DNA from: an uncultured Candidatus Saccharibacteria bacterium
GTDB lineage: Bacteria > Patescibacteriota > Minisyncoccia > Phycocordibacterales > PALSA-1337
Direction: 5' to 3'
Length of the DNA: 64,000 nucleotides
Assembly (NCBI GenBank): GCA_964468845.1
Contig: CAYXWP010000001.1
Location: 6,411 to 70,410 of the forward strand
The position numbers and the translations under genes were made by a program. Below the pieces are notes generated by a model, which worked only from the letters and a program-made list of their open reading frames with translations, searched no databases and was not told where the DNA came from. This document shows positions 1 through 8,357 of the stretch, in pieces (within the stretch, counting starts at the first letter, position 1; every line of letters starts with the position of its first letter).

Positions 1-230
1 TCGAATTTGACACTAGAATTAATAATACTTTTTGACAAAGGAATACCGTGTTCACAATCATTAATAAATATTCCGTAAACCTTTTTTCTGGCTTTTGAGG
101 TTTCCATTGATTTCATAATATTTAATGACTCTGTCAATGAGATATTTGAATCAAGCAACAAGGAAAGTCTTTGTGCAAAAAATATTTGATCGTTAATTGA
201 AAATGATTTGTACATACTATTTTTATACAT
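1..230 (-). CDS. T2SS/type IV pilus platform protein (GspF/PilC family), N-terminal fragment running off the window start
   Basis: Not in the ORF track because the window edge truncates it. A minus-strand ATG at 228-230, 3 nt after the ATPase stop, opens MYKNSMYKSFSINDQIFFAQRLSLLLDSNISLTESLNIMKSMETSKARKKVYGIFINDCEHGIPLSKSI. This matches the conserved N-terminal cytoplasmic domain of GspF/PilC, and ATPase followed by platform protein is the canonical gene order. Confidence 0.5.
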   Translation of the reverse strand, partial: MYKNSMYKSFSINDQIFFAQRLSLLLDSNISLTESLNIMKSMETSKARKKVYGIFINDCEHGIPLSKSIINSSVKF

Positions 231-232
231 AA

Positions 233-1369
233 CTATTCATGTACAACTCTTAGAACTTCCTCCTGACTTGTAATTCCCTTTTCGACCTTGCACATTCCAT
301 CCTCGTACATTGTGACCATGCCCTTACTTCTTACATATTTACCTATTTCGTCTATAGAGATATGAGACATAATGTATTTTCTGAGCTCTTCGTCGACAAC
401 TATAGTTTCCGCAATCACAGTTCTTCCCCGATAACCAATAGTTCCGCAATCGGCACAACCAATACCTTTGCATTCCTGACATATCTTTCTAACTAACCTT
501 TGTGCGATAACTAAGGATAAAGTTGAGGCAACGAGGTAAGGATCAATTTTCATATCAAACAATCTAGGAATCGCACCAAGTGCAGAATTGGTGTGTAAAG
601 TAGATAAGAGTAAATGCCCAGTCAGAGAAATGTTTGTAGCAATCTGAGCTGTCTCAGTATCACGAATTTCACCAACCATAATAATATCTGGATCTTGCCT
701 AACAATGGATCTCAAACCATTTGCAAAAGTAATACCATGCTTAGAATGTATTTGTATTTGCCGAACCCCTGATATTGCATACTCGATCGGATCTTCAAGA
801 GTAATGATGGAATTTTTCTGTGAAGAAAGTGACGAAATTAAAGTATACAGTGTTGAGGTTTTGCCAGAACCAGTCGGTCCAGTGACCAGTATCATTCCTT
901 GATGTTGTGTTAGTAGGTTTTCGATTCGCATAATGTCATGTTCTGAAAATCCGAGCTTCGACAAGGACATTGAATCATTATTATTTTTTAATATTCTCAA
1001 AACTGCATTTTCACCGTAATGAGTCGGGATAATCGAGACACGCACATCGCAATCACAAACACCTTCATTAAATTTAAATCTTCCATCCTGCGGCACAAAG
1101 TGAATGTCTGTTCTCAAAGCAGAAATTACTTTTATCCTAGCAATGAGTTCTTCATGACTTTCATTTCTTAATGTGTCTTTGTATATCAAAACCCCATCTA
1201 CACGAAATCTGACGACAATACCTGCGGGTGTTGGATCTATATGTATATCAGAGGCATTTAAATGATAGCCGTAGCATATTATTGAATTCACCAGTTCAAC
1301 AACTGATTGAATATCGTGTAATACCCTTTCATTTAAATTAATTTTGTATTGCTCATCTGGCATACACAT
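233..1369 (-). CDS. Type II/IV secretion system ATPase, GspE/PilB family
   Basis: Walker A GPTGSGKTST, Asp/His boxes, and a C-terminal tetracysteine CQEC...CADCG motif that is typical of GspE/PilB and absent from PilT. At 378 aa the N-terminal domain is shortened. Confidence 0.8.
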   Translation of the reverse strand: MCMPDEQYKINLNERVLHDIQSVVELVNSIICYGYHLNASDIHIDPTPAGIVVRFRVDGVLIYKDTLRNESHEELIARIKVISALRTDIHFVPQDGRFKFNEGVCDCDVRVSIIPTHYGENAVLRILKNNNDSMSLSKLGFSEHDIMRIENLLTQHQGMILVTGPTGSGKTSTLYTLISSLSSQKNSIITLEDPIEYAISGVRQIQIHSKHGITFANGLRSIVRQDPDIIMVGEIRDTETAQIATNISLTGHLLLSTLHTNSALGAIPRLFDMKIDPYLVASTLSLVIAQRLVRKICQECKGIGCADCGTIGYRGRTVIAETIVVDEELRKYIMSHISIDEIGKYVRSKGMVTMYEDGMCKVEKGITSQEEVLRVVHE

Positions 1370-1386
1370 AAACTAGCAAAGAATTA

Positions 1387-1410
1387 TTAAGAACTTTTAA
1401 AGAAGTTCTA
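1387..1410. promoter_or_regulatory. Inverted repeat TTAAGAACTT-n-AAGTTCTAA 18 nt upstream of the ATPase start; putative operator
   Basis: A near-identical 26-bp palindrome recurs at 23517-23543 in front of the ORF6N gene. Both copies lie in the promoter/RBS zone of minus-strand genes. Confidence 0.3.
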
Positions 1411-1666
1411 AAGAAACAATAAAGATTTAGTACTATGTGCTCATATTCCACATCGCTTGCTATTATTTAAATGTGTGTTAGTATCTTCAACCTAACTTCG
1501 GCACTCAAACAAAAGCTCAGGACGGGCACGGTGTCGAAAAAAGAACAACTGTACACTGCAAAAAACATGACAAGCGACCACGACACTCGAGGTGGAGACC
1601 ACGATGACGAAATCATCACGGCCACACTCAACGATTGAACGAAGACTCGTCTCCACACACCGCTGC

Positions 1667-1700
1667 GCCACTGTAAAACGGGGCCAGTGGTTATTTTTTT
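1667..1700 (+). terminator. Rho-independent terminator (ccactg/cagtgg stem followed by TTATTTTTTT)
   Basis: Stem 1668-1673/1685-1690 followed by a T-run at 1691-1700. Confidence 0.45.
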
Positions 1701-2055
1701 AGCCTGTGGATGAATTCATTGAAATACGTTGATAATTGGATATAAAAAGATAGACTATTGATATTTTCTAGGGATGTGGTACTATTTTTCTTGGCTCTGG
1801 CACTCAACAATTGATAGGTCCAACACTGGACAAAGTGTCAGAATAGAAACAACAAATCGGAGTAACAGAAATGTTCAAAAAAAAACATCTGTTGGGAAAA
1901 ATGCGTCGCAGTCGGCAATCCGCCATCAGGTCTCATCGGAGAGAGACAAACTGCAAACTCAAGATTTTGGCCGCTGAGGCCGAATGGGTGTTGCGCATCG
2001 ACACCGAAGACGCAATGGTCGCAGAAGAGTAACCCGCGACTTTGTTTTCCCAATC

Positions 2056-2096
2056 GCCGCCGGACCCAATCAGCTGGGCCCGGTGGCTATTATTTT
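2056..2096 (+). terminator. Rho-independent terminator (GC-rich imperfect 12-bp stem plus TATTATTTT)
   Basis: gccgccggaccc / gggcccggtggc pairing with an 8-nt loop, then a T-rich tail. It lies 70 nt before the typA start. Confidence 0.4.
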
Positions 2097-2167
2097 ACCC
2101 AAATTTCTCGACACACCTATAATTTGACTTTTACTATGTTTTTATGCTTTAATAGCAACTTAACTTT

Positions 2168-3967
2168 ATGGATATACGAAACATCGCAATCATCGCCCAT
2201 GTGGACCATGGAAAGACGACACTTACTGACGCAATCATGACTCAATGTGGTCACGGGGACGACGGTACAATGGACTCAAACGCCCTTGAACAAGAGCGTG
2301 GTATTACTATTTATGCAAAAAACACTTCGATTGAATATAAAGGAACAAAGATAAATATTGTGGACACACCAGGTCACGCGGACTTTGGCTCAGAAGTAGA
2401 ACGTGTTCTACGATCTATTGATACAGTTCTTCTTGTTGTTGATGCGCAGGAAGGTCCAATGCCTCAAACACGTTTCGTGTTGAAGAAATCTCTAGAACTT
2501 GGTTTAAAGCCAATTGTAATTATAAATAAAATAGACAAGCCAGCAGCGAACCCAAATCATTGTCATGAAATGGTTCTTGAACTTTTCATGGAGCTTGGTG
2601 CGAATGATTCCCAATTAGACTTCCCTACTATTTACGCTATCGGACGTGAAGGTGTGGCTATGAAGAAACTCGGAGATCCAAGAAAAGATCTTACTCCTCT
2701 TCTAGATATGATTCTTGAACACGTTCCACCTGCAAATAAAGATCACAGTGCAACAGCGCCACTTACAGTACAAACTTTCAATCTTGGATATGATAATTTC
2801 CTAGGACGTCTAGCTATCGGTCGTATTTATGATGGAACAATTAAAATGGGTCAAACAGTTTATGAAAAGAAAATTGGTGGAACAGTGAACTCTGGAAAAG
2901 TAACTAAACTTTTTACATTTGAAGGAAAGAAGAGAGTTGAGATAAACGAAGCAACCGCTGGTGACATTGTTACAATCGCTGGATTCCCAGAAATTTATAT
3001 TGGAGAAACTCTTACAGACAATGCAGAAACTCCGGCTCTTCCTGCAATCAAAATTGATGAACCAACCATTTCCCTAAACTTTCTTGTAAACAGTTCACCT
3101 TTCGCAGGACGCGAAGGTAAATTCGTAACCGGACGACAGATTCGAGAAAGACTCGAGAAGGAACTGGAAATCAACGTTGGTCTAAAAGTGGATTTTTCAT
3201 CTGATGTGTTCTATCGCGTTTACGGTCGTGGAGAACTTCATATTGCAGTACTTCTAGAAAATATGAGACGAGAAGGATATGAACTTCAGGTTTCTCAGCC
3301 TCAGGTTATCATAAAAGATATTGACGGAGTGAAGAGCGAACCTTTTGAAGAACTTACTATTGATACTCCTGATGAGTTCACAGGTGCAATTATCGAAAAG
3401 CTCGGTAAAAGAAAAGCGACAATGATAGATATGAAAACAAAAGAAGGTATAACTCGTATGCTTTTCGAAATACCTACTCGTGGTCTACTTGGCTATAGAG
3501 GTGCTTTCGTTATCGATACAAAGGGTAATGGAATTCTCGCAAGTCGATTTATTGATTTCAAACCGTATGCAGGTGAAATTGAAAAGCATTCAACTGGATC
3601 AATGACTTCTATGATGTCAGGAAAGGCACTTGCCTTTGCAATTTGGAATTTACAAAATCGTGGCCGTATTTTCATTGAACCTACAACAGAAATTTATGAA
3701 GGAATGGTTGTTGGTGATACATCAAAGGGTGATGATATGGATGTTAACCCATGTAAAGGAAAAGCGATGTCAAACATGCGTTCTTCTGGAAACGATGAGC
3801 ACATCATGCTTACACCTGCTTGGAAAATTGATATCGAAAGAGGACTAGAAACAATGCGTGAAGATGAGTATTTAGAAATTACTCCAAAGAACGTACGTTT
3901 ACGAAAAAAGTTTTTGACTGCGACAGATAGATCAAAAGCAGGAAGAAAGGATGGGGTGACGAATTAA
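2168..3967 (+). CDS. typA: Translational GTPase TypA/BipA
   Basis: N-terminus MDIRNIAIIAHVDHGKTTL, G1-G4 GTPase motifs and full EF-G-like domain organisation over 599 aa. Confidence 0.95.
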   Translation: MDIRNIAIIAHVDHGKTTLTDAIMTQCGHGDDGTMDSNALEQERGITIYAKNTSIEYKGTKINIVDTPGHADFGSEVERVLRSIDTVLLVVDAQEGPMPQTRFVLKKSLELGLKPIVIINKIDKPAANPNHCHEMVLELFMELGANDSQLDFPTIYAIGREGVAMKKLGDPRKDLTPLLDMILEHVPPANKDHSATAPLTVQTFNLGYDNFLGRLAIGRIYDGTIKMGQTVYEKKIGGTVNSGKVTKLFTFEGKKRVEINEATAGDIVTIAGFPEIYIGETLTDNAETPALPAIKIDEPTISLNFLVNSSPFAGREGKFVTGRQIRERLEKELEINVGLKVDFSSDVFYRVYGRGELHIAVLLENMRREGYELQVSQPQVIIKDIDGVKSEPFEELTIDTPDEFTGAIIEKLGKRKATMIDMKTKEGITRMLFEIPTRGLLGYRGAFVIDTKGNGILASRFIDFKPYAGEIEKHSTGSMTSMMSGKALAFAIWNLQNRGRIFIEPTTEIYEGMVVGDTSKGDDMDVNPCKGKAMSNMRSSGNDEHIMLTPAWKIDIERGLETMREDEYLEITPKNVRLRKKFLTATDRSKAGRKDGVTN

Positions 3968-4058
3968 TGGAGTACCCCAAAAAACTGACCCCCTCCTCCT
4001 CTCTCTTCCTTTCACTCCAACGCACTCCTGCACAGCCACGCTGTAGAAGCCCCCTAGT

Positions 4059-4089
4059 TAAAGGTGACCAAATTTTGGTCACCTTTTGC
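4059..4089 (+). terminator. Intrinsic terminator of typA
   Basis: Perfect aaggtgacc / ggtcacctt stem with loop aaatttt, followed by TTTGCT. Confidence 0.6.
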
Positions 4090-4140
4090 TATGTGGTACA
4101 GCGCCATAACAAACGAAGCCTCGTCTTTCATTCGTAAATA

Positions 4141-4180
4141 ATACAAAAGAAGCCGGGGGTCAGATTGACCCTCGGCTTTG
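4141..4180 (-). terminator. Intrinsic terminator for the minus-strand gene 4192..4572; convergent with the typA terminator
   Basis: agccgggggtc / gaccctcggct stem. The minus-strand read ends in TTCTTTTGTATT. Confidence 0.5.
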
Positions 4181-4191
4181 CTTGAAACTCC

Positions 4192-4572
4192 TCATACAGT
4201 GTCCAGTTTGACAGCACCCATCAAGATGACAGGATTTTGCCCTTGGAAGAATTGACTGATCCGGCCGGCAACACCGAAGGTTAGAATCACGTGCCGTCCA
4301 CGATCATTTACGTATCCGGCAAACTCCGACTCAGGAACAAAGATTTCAATCTTGTTTTCGACCTGGCAATGGCCCGATTCAGTCTGTTGTGCAAGACTTA
4401 GATTGAGAACCCGAAGATGGTCTGGATCGAGCATGACCTCGAGCCAGCATTTCGTTTCTTTGAAAATCCACCAGCCACTTGTTTTTGAGGTGACAGATGT
4501 AATGACACCTCTTACGTTGTACTCCTGTCGGTTACGCCGTAGGTTCGGGTTGATACTAAGTATTGATACCAT
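4192..4572 (-). CDS. Hypothetical protein (126 aa), GC-richer than the backbone
   Basis: Complete ORF with its own terminator. No family recognised. Confidence 0.4.
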   Translation of the reverse strand: MVSILSINPNLRRNRQEYNVRGVITSVTSKTSGWWIFKETKCWLEVMLDPDHLRVLNLSLAQQTESGHCQVENKIEIFVPESEFAGYVNDRGRHVILTFGVAGRISQFFQGQNPVILMGAVKLDTV

Positions 4573-4822
4573 AATTTATCCTCCGTATTGTTGTTGACTG
4601 CGTTTTCAAAATTCTCGATACATTTTTAAATTAACACAAACATCTTATGCTGTCAATATTATTTTATGTCTAAGTAAAAATTCGCTTCTAGCGATTGCTT
4701 TTTTACATATAAAATCCAGTTGATAAATCCAGTAATTGGAGTATTATGCAATCAGTAAAACTGTAGGTAAATCAACAGCAACAAATAACGGTCTTTGAAA
4801 CCACACAACAACTGGGACAACA

Positions 4823-5530
4823 ATGAAAACGACAATTAAACTCGTAGTCTTCTACTTCCTTCTTCAATTGTGCAACCACGCCAGTGCGGCATACTCTGTT
4901 CAATCGGCTTGGTTTCCTTACGGGCCACAATACAACATCCAAGTGTACCGTCTTTTTTGGGGAACAAATAGTGGCGAGTACACGCATACGCAAGACTTTG
5001 GTTTGGAGACGAATCTCGCTCCCCGACCCGACATCATCCGTGTGTTAAATGTCACAATCGAAGTTCCCAACGCAGGACAGACTTACTATTTCATGATCAG
5101 AGGCATCGACAGCAACGGAAATGAGTTTGGGACTTCGGAGGAGTATCCTTGGTGGGTGCAACGCGAAAATGATGCACGTCCATCAATCTCCGCAATTCCC
5201 AACCGCCATTTTTTGATCAACAGTGTATCGAATACAGTGCCCTTCACAATTGGGGACGACCAGACACCACTCGATGAATTGGAAGTGTACTACACTGCAT
5301 GGAACCCGATCATCATACCAGCGACAAACATTTCGCTTGGTGGGTCCGGTGCAAATCGTACGATTACACTGACGCCGATAACTGGGCGCACAGGTACGAC
5401 CACTGTCGAAGTTATTGTTATCGATAACAATCTAAGTCCGAAAGCAACAACATTCATTGTTGAAGTTTCAGCAAATCCAGGAATTACGAGTCCTAGATTA
5501 CTTTGGTTCAAAACAGTTCCCTTGCCATAG
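4823..5530 (+). CDS. Secreted protein with signal peptide and fibronectin-III / Ig-like beta-sandwich domains
   Basis: N-terminal hydrophobic signal ending in ASAAYS. An FN3-like block (YRLFWGTNSGEYTHTQDFG...TYYFMIRGIDSNGNE) is followed by a second Ig-like segment. Confidence 0.5.
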   Translation: MKTTIKLVVFYFLLQLCNHASAAYSVQSAWFPYGPQYNIQVYRLFWGTNSGEYTHTQDFGLETNLAPRPDIIRVLNVTIEVPNAGQTYYFMIRGIDSNGNEFGTSEEYPWWVQRENDARPSISAIPNRHFLINSVSNTVPFTIGDDQTPLDELEVYYTAWNPIIIPATNISLGGSGANRTITLTPITGRTGTTTVEVIVIDNNLSPKATTFIVEVSANPGITSPRLLWFKTVPLP

Positions 5531-5599
5531 CACCTTTCGTAAAATCCGCAAATACGAACACGAACAAGAACATGTGCACATAGACGGAGTCCACGAGCC

Positions 5600-5648
5600 T
5601 GTCACTTCACTTGCCAACATTACTTGGCGGAGGTGACGGCTTTTTTTA
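5600..5648 (+). terminator. Imperfect hairpin plus T-run between convergent genes
   Basis: gtcacttcacttgcc ... ggcggaggtgac, followed by GGCTTTTTTTATTT. Confidence 0.4.
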
Positions 5649-5682
5649 TTTGAATTATTTTTAATTATTTGTATTTGCTTAC

Positions 5683-6432
5683 TTATTTATAATTATCTTT
5701 TTCTTCTTTACTAAAGTGCTCCGTGGCGTATGACAGCATTACTCTAGGCATCTTTTTATAGTATTTATTCAAAAACTTTTTTTCAATATCTCTTGAAATC
5801 CTTTTGCCAACATCACGCAACATCCAACCGACCGCCTTGTGAATTAAATCATGCTTGTCAGACAGCAACATTTCCGCCAACTTAAATACATCCTTATATT
5901 CACCCGCTTTAATGAAAGCATGCGTAGAAATTATAGAGATCCTTCTTTCCCAAATATTTTTTGACCTAGCTAGCCTATACAAAACCGCCCTATCCCTGTC
6001 CCTATACTTATCATTATCATTATTAAGCAAATAATCACCAACAATGTAACTAGCTGACAAATCCACAAGATCCCAATTATTTATATATCTAGTGTTTTTT
6101 AAATAAAATTTATAAATCGCTTTCTTAATTTTTTCATCCTCTTTTTTCTTATCTTTTGTTTTCTTATTATTTGCTCTTTCATATTGCGCTACAAGTATTT
6201 CCAAAGCTGTAAGCCTAAATTCATGGACCTCACTCTCTAATAATTTCTGAATTACATCAAAATTGGCATCAATATATTTATGCGCAATCTTTCTGATTTT
6301 GGGTACAACTATTCCAATAAAAATATCTCCCTCCCCATACTGACCCTTGCCCGTCTTAAAATATCTTGAAAGCAGTTTGGCTTTCTTTGCGTCAGCGAAA
6401 CTATTTAAATCATTGGTTATTTCTTTTATCAC
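5683..6432 (-). CDS. DNA alkylation repair enzyme (AlkD/AlkC-like HEAT-repeat glycosylase family)
   Basis: Conserved pattern FRLTALEIL...WDLVDLSASYIVGDYL...LYRLARSKNIWERRISIISTHAFIKAG...DLIHKAVGWMLRDVGK, typical of the DNA_alkylation family. Confidence 0.7.
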   Translation of the reverse strand: MIKEITNDLNSFADAKKAKLLSRYFKTGKGQYGEGDIFIGIVVPKIRKIAHKYIDANFDVIQKLLESEVHEFRLTALEILVAQYERANNKKTKDKKKEDEKIKKAIYKFYLKNTRYINNWDLVDLSASYIVGDYLLNNDNDKYRDRDRAVLYRLARSKNIWERRISIISTHAFIKAGEYKDVFKLAEMLLSDKHDLIHKAVGWMLRDVGKRISRDIEKKFLNKYYKKMPRVMLSYATEHFSKEEKDNYK

Positions 6433-6465
6433 AAAATTTTAATATATTAGTGTATAATACTTGAC

Positions 6466-7134
6466 ATGAAGGATCTTTTTTACAGATTGCCACGAAATAT
6501 AATTCGTTCTTTTTCTCCTCGTAATTTTATATGGCATCTGGTCGCATTTATTTTAACATATGTAATTGTCATTCAAGGGTTTGATTGGTCTTGGTTTCTT
6601 GCAGTCAGAGGAGAAATCGTAAACAAGATTCTATTTCCTGCAGTTATAATTGGCGCGTTTGTACCAATATTGTTGCCTCTTGGTTTTCTTGCTATTGGTA
6701 AAATACGAAAAAGCAGAAGTCCATACGAAGGCAAAAAAATAATGAATGTTGGCTGGGCGCTTGGACAAGCAGCAATTGTCGGTTATCTTATTTCCTCCTT
6801 CTATAAAATGTTTACAGGAAGAATACAACCTGACCTATCAAATCTAATTAATGATATTAGCAACAATTTCCAGTTTGGTTTTTGGAATCATGGAATATTC
6901 TGGGGCTGGCCTTCTTCACATACAACAATTGCATTCGCAACAATGGTGACGCTAATAATTCTCTATCCAAGAGGTAAGGCACTGAAATACATTGCACTGA
7001 TCTATGCTTTCTATATCGGTCTTGGAGTATCGATAGGGATACATTGGTTCTCAGAATTTATCGCTGGAGCAATAATAGGAGCTGTGATTGGTAAGGTTGT
7101 TGGTAAATGTTTTAAAGATAAAAAGATAGCGTAG
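6466..7134 (+). CDS. PAP2-family membrane phosphatase
   Basis: Multi-pass membrane protein with the PAP2 motifs KMFTGRIQPD (KX6RP-like), PSSHT (PSGH) and SIGIHWFSE (SRX5HX3D-like). Confidence 0.55.
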   Translation: MKDLFYRLPRNIIRSFSPRNFIWHLVAFILTYVIVIQGFDWSWFLAVRGEIVNKILFPAVIIGAFVPILLPLGFLAIGKIRKSRSPYEGKKIMNVGWALGQAAIVGYLISSFYKMFTGRIQPDLSNLINDISNNFQFGFWNHGIFWGWPSSHTTIAFATMVTLIILYPRGKALKYIALIYAFYIGLGVSIGIHWFSEFIAGAIIGAVIGKVVGKCFKDKKIA

Positions 7135-7170
7135 GGGCGCGCTTCAAACATTGAAGTATGCTGCTAATTA

Positions 7171-7764
7171 TCACGACAACTTTTCAATAATTTCTTGCCA
7201 AGAATTTACTCTGACTATGGGGTGCTTGGCATCATATTGATTATCGCATTGATTCCACGGCGCATTGAAAAGAAGTGCTGAAATTCCAACACCTAACACA
7301 TTTTCTACATTCTCCAAGTTATCATCGACAAATATGTCGACGCCCATTTCTTTGCACACATCTCCCTTTGAACGCCTTATGCCATTTCCAGAAAAATGAT
7401 TGGTAAAAACTATATTTTTAAAAGAATTCGGAAAATATTTATCAATCCATTCCGATGTCGCACCTCGAAGTGTTTCAGGCTTAGATGTAATAATAATTAA
7501 AGTGTTATTGTCTTTAAGTTTTTTAATAGCCTCAACTGCACCGAGAACTGGTACGGCATTCAAGTGTTCTGGTGTTGCATAGAAATCAACCACTCTTTTT
7601 ACAGCTTCTTCTTTTGAACAATTTAAAATGTCCGCATATTCAAATACAGTTAAATCATTCCGACAAATATTTGTACCATAAACACGATTATGATATGCGC
7701 AAAAAGCATTATTAAAATCTAATAAAACTTCGTCGAGATCGAGGCCGATTATTCTGGATTTCAT
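7171..7764 (-). CDS. HAD-superfamily 5'(3')-deoxyribonucleotidase-like hydrolase (NT5C family)
   Basis: HAD motif I GLDLDEVLLDF, motif II IIITSKP and motif IV DIFVDDN. The ATG at 7764 is used because the track's longer ORF (to 7839) overlaps the tRNA-Gln gene. Confidence 0.6.
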   Translation of the reverse strand: MKSRIIGLDLDEVLLDFNNAFCAYHNRVYGTNICRNDLTVFEYADILNCSKEEAVKRVVDFYATPEHLNAVPVLGAVEAIKKLKDNNTLIIITSKPETLRGATSEWIDKYFPNSFKNIVFTNHFSGNGIRRSKGDVCKEMGVDIFVDDNLENVENVLGVGISALLFNAPWNQCDNQYDAKHPIVRVNSWQEIIEKLS

Positions 7765-7767
7765 TTG

Positions 7768-7838
7768 CTGGGGGCCAGGGAATCGAACCCCAATACTATC
7801 CTTCAAAGGGATATGTCCTACCGTTAGACGAGCCCCCA
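7768..7838 (-). tRNA. tRNA-Gln (anticodon UUG)
   Basis: The reverse complement reads TGGGGGC-TC-GTC-TAACGGTAG-GAC-A-TATCC-CTTTGAA-GGATA-GTAT-TGGGG-TTCGATT-CCCTG-GCCCCCA-G. It has a 7-bp acceptor stem with U1-A72, a G73 discriminator, a GGTTCGATTCC T-arm and anticodon TTG. No CCA is encoded. Confidence 0.85.
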
Positions 7839-7898
7839 ATATTCTTTTGTCTATATAAAATACCTTAAAATTAAAGAAAATTCAAGTGTTTATCGAAA

Positions 7899-8348
7899 TT
7901 ACAAAGCCCTCTTTATCTCATCCTTAACCTTAAGTAGCTCCTCTTCCGCACTCGGCTCTCTATCCCCTGTCCTATAAAGCATACTTCTAGGATCATAGCC
8001 GAGTAAACCTGTGTCTCCCTTCTTTCGAGGAACAATATGTAAATGAAAATGTGGTACAGATTGTCCTGCAAGCTTGCCTTCATTCCAAACACAATTAAAA
8101 CCTTCTACGTCATAAAGCTTTTTTAAGGCATTCATTATTTTGTCTGCAAGTTCAAGAATTGCCGAACGTTCTTCTTTAGTTAAATCACTCAACTTAGCGA
8201 CACAACGAATGGGTGCAATCAAAGTATGCCCTGGAGTAATAGGAATATTAGTTGGGAAAGCCCACGCCAAGTCATTACTAATTATTTCTCTAGCTTTAAT
8301 TTCTGGCAGACTACAATATACGCACTTTTTTTCTAAATTGTTTTCCAT
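7899..8348 (-). CDS. HIT-family nucleotide hydrolase/transferase
   Basis: Histidine triad PHFHLHIVPR. Confidence 0.8.
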   Translation of the reverse strand: MENNLEKKCVYCSLPEIKAREIISNDLAWAFPTNIPITPGHTLIAPIRCVAKLSDLTKEERSAILELADKIMNALKKLYDVEGFNCVWNEGKLAGQSVPHFHLHIVPRKKGDTGLLGYDPRSMLYRTGDREPSAEEELLKVKDEIKRAL

Positions 8349-8357
8349 TTTTTAAAT

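Larger units (their letters stand above)
1467..2097 (+). other. GC-rich non-coding block (candidate structured RNA or RNAs) bounded by two intrinsic terminators
   Basis: About 630 bp that is markedly GC-richer than its flanks, with only short low-complexity ORFs in any frame. Hairpin plus T-run elements sit at 1667-1700 and 2056-2096 on the plus strand. No RNase P, tmRNA or SRP consensus motifs were recognised. Confidence 0.2.

Noticed and set aside
1700-2097. Assignment of the GC-rich non-coding block to RNase P RNA, tmRNA or SRP RNA
   Set aside because: The universally conserved RNase P core (AGGAAAGTCCGGGCTCC-like) and the tmRNA tRNA-like end (T-loop plus CCA) were not found. A CAGGTC..CGGAGAGAGACA stretch only loosely resembles SRP domain IV and lacks the GNRA-capped helix. 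The block is therefore left unassigned.
4620-4822. Possible regulatory hairpin tcgcttctagcga upstream of the FN3-like gene
   Set aside because: It has only a 4-bp stem with weak flanks, which does not distinguish it from chance in AT-rich DNA.
7765-7839. 5' extension of track ORF 7171..7839 (MGARLTVGHIPLKDSIGVRFPGPQQ)
   Set aside because: It overlaps the tRNA-Gln gene at 7768-7838 on the same strand. The HAD protein's motif I begins right after the internal Met at 7764, so the extension is a read-through artefact.
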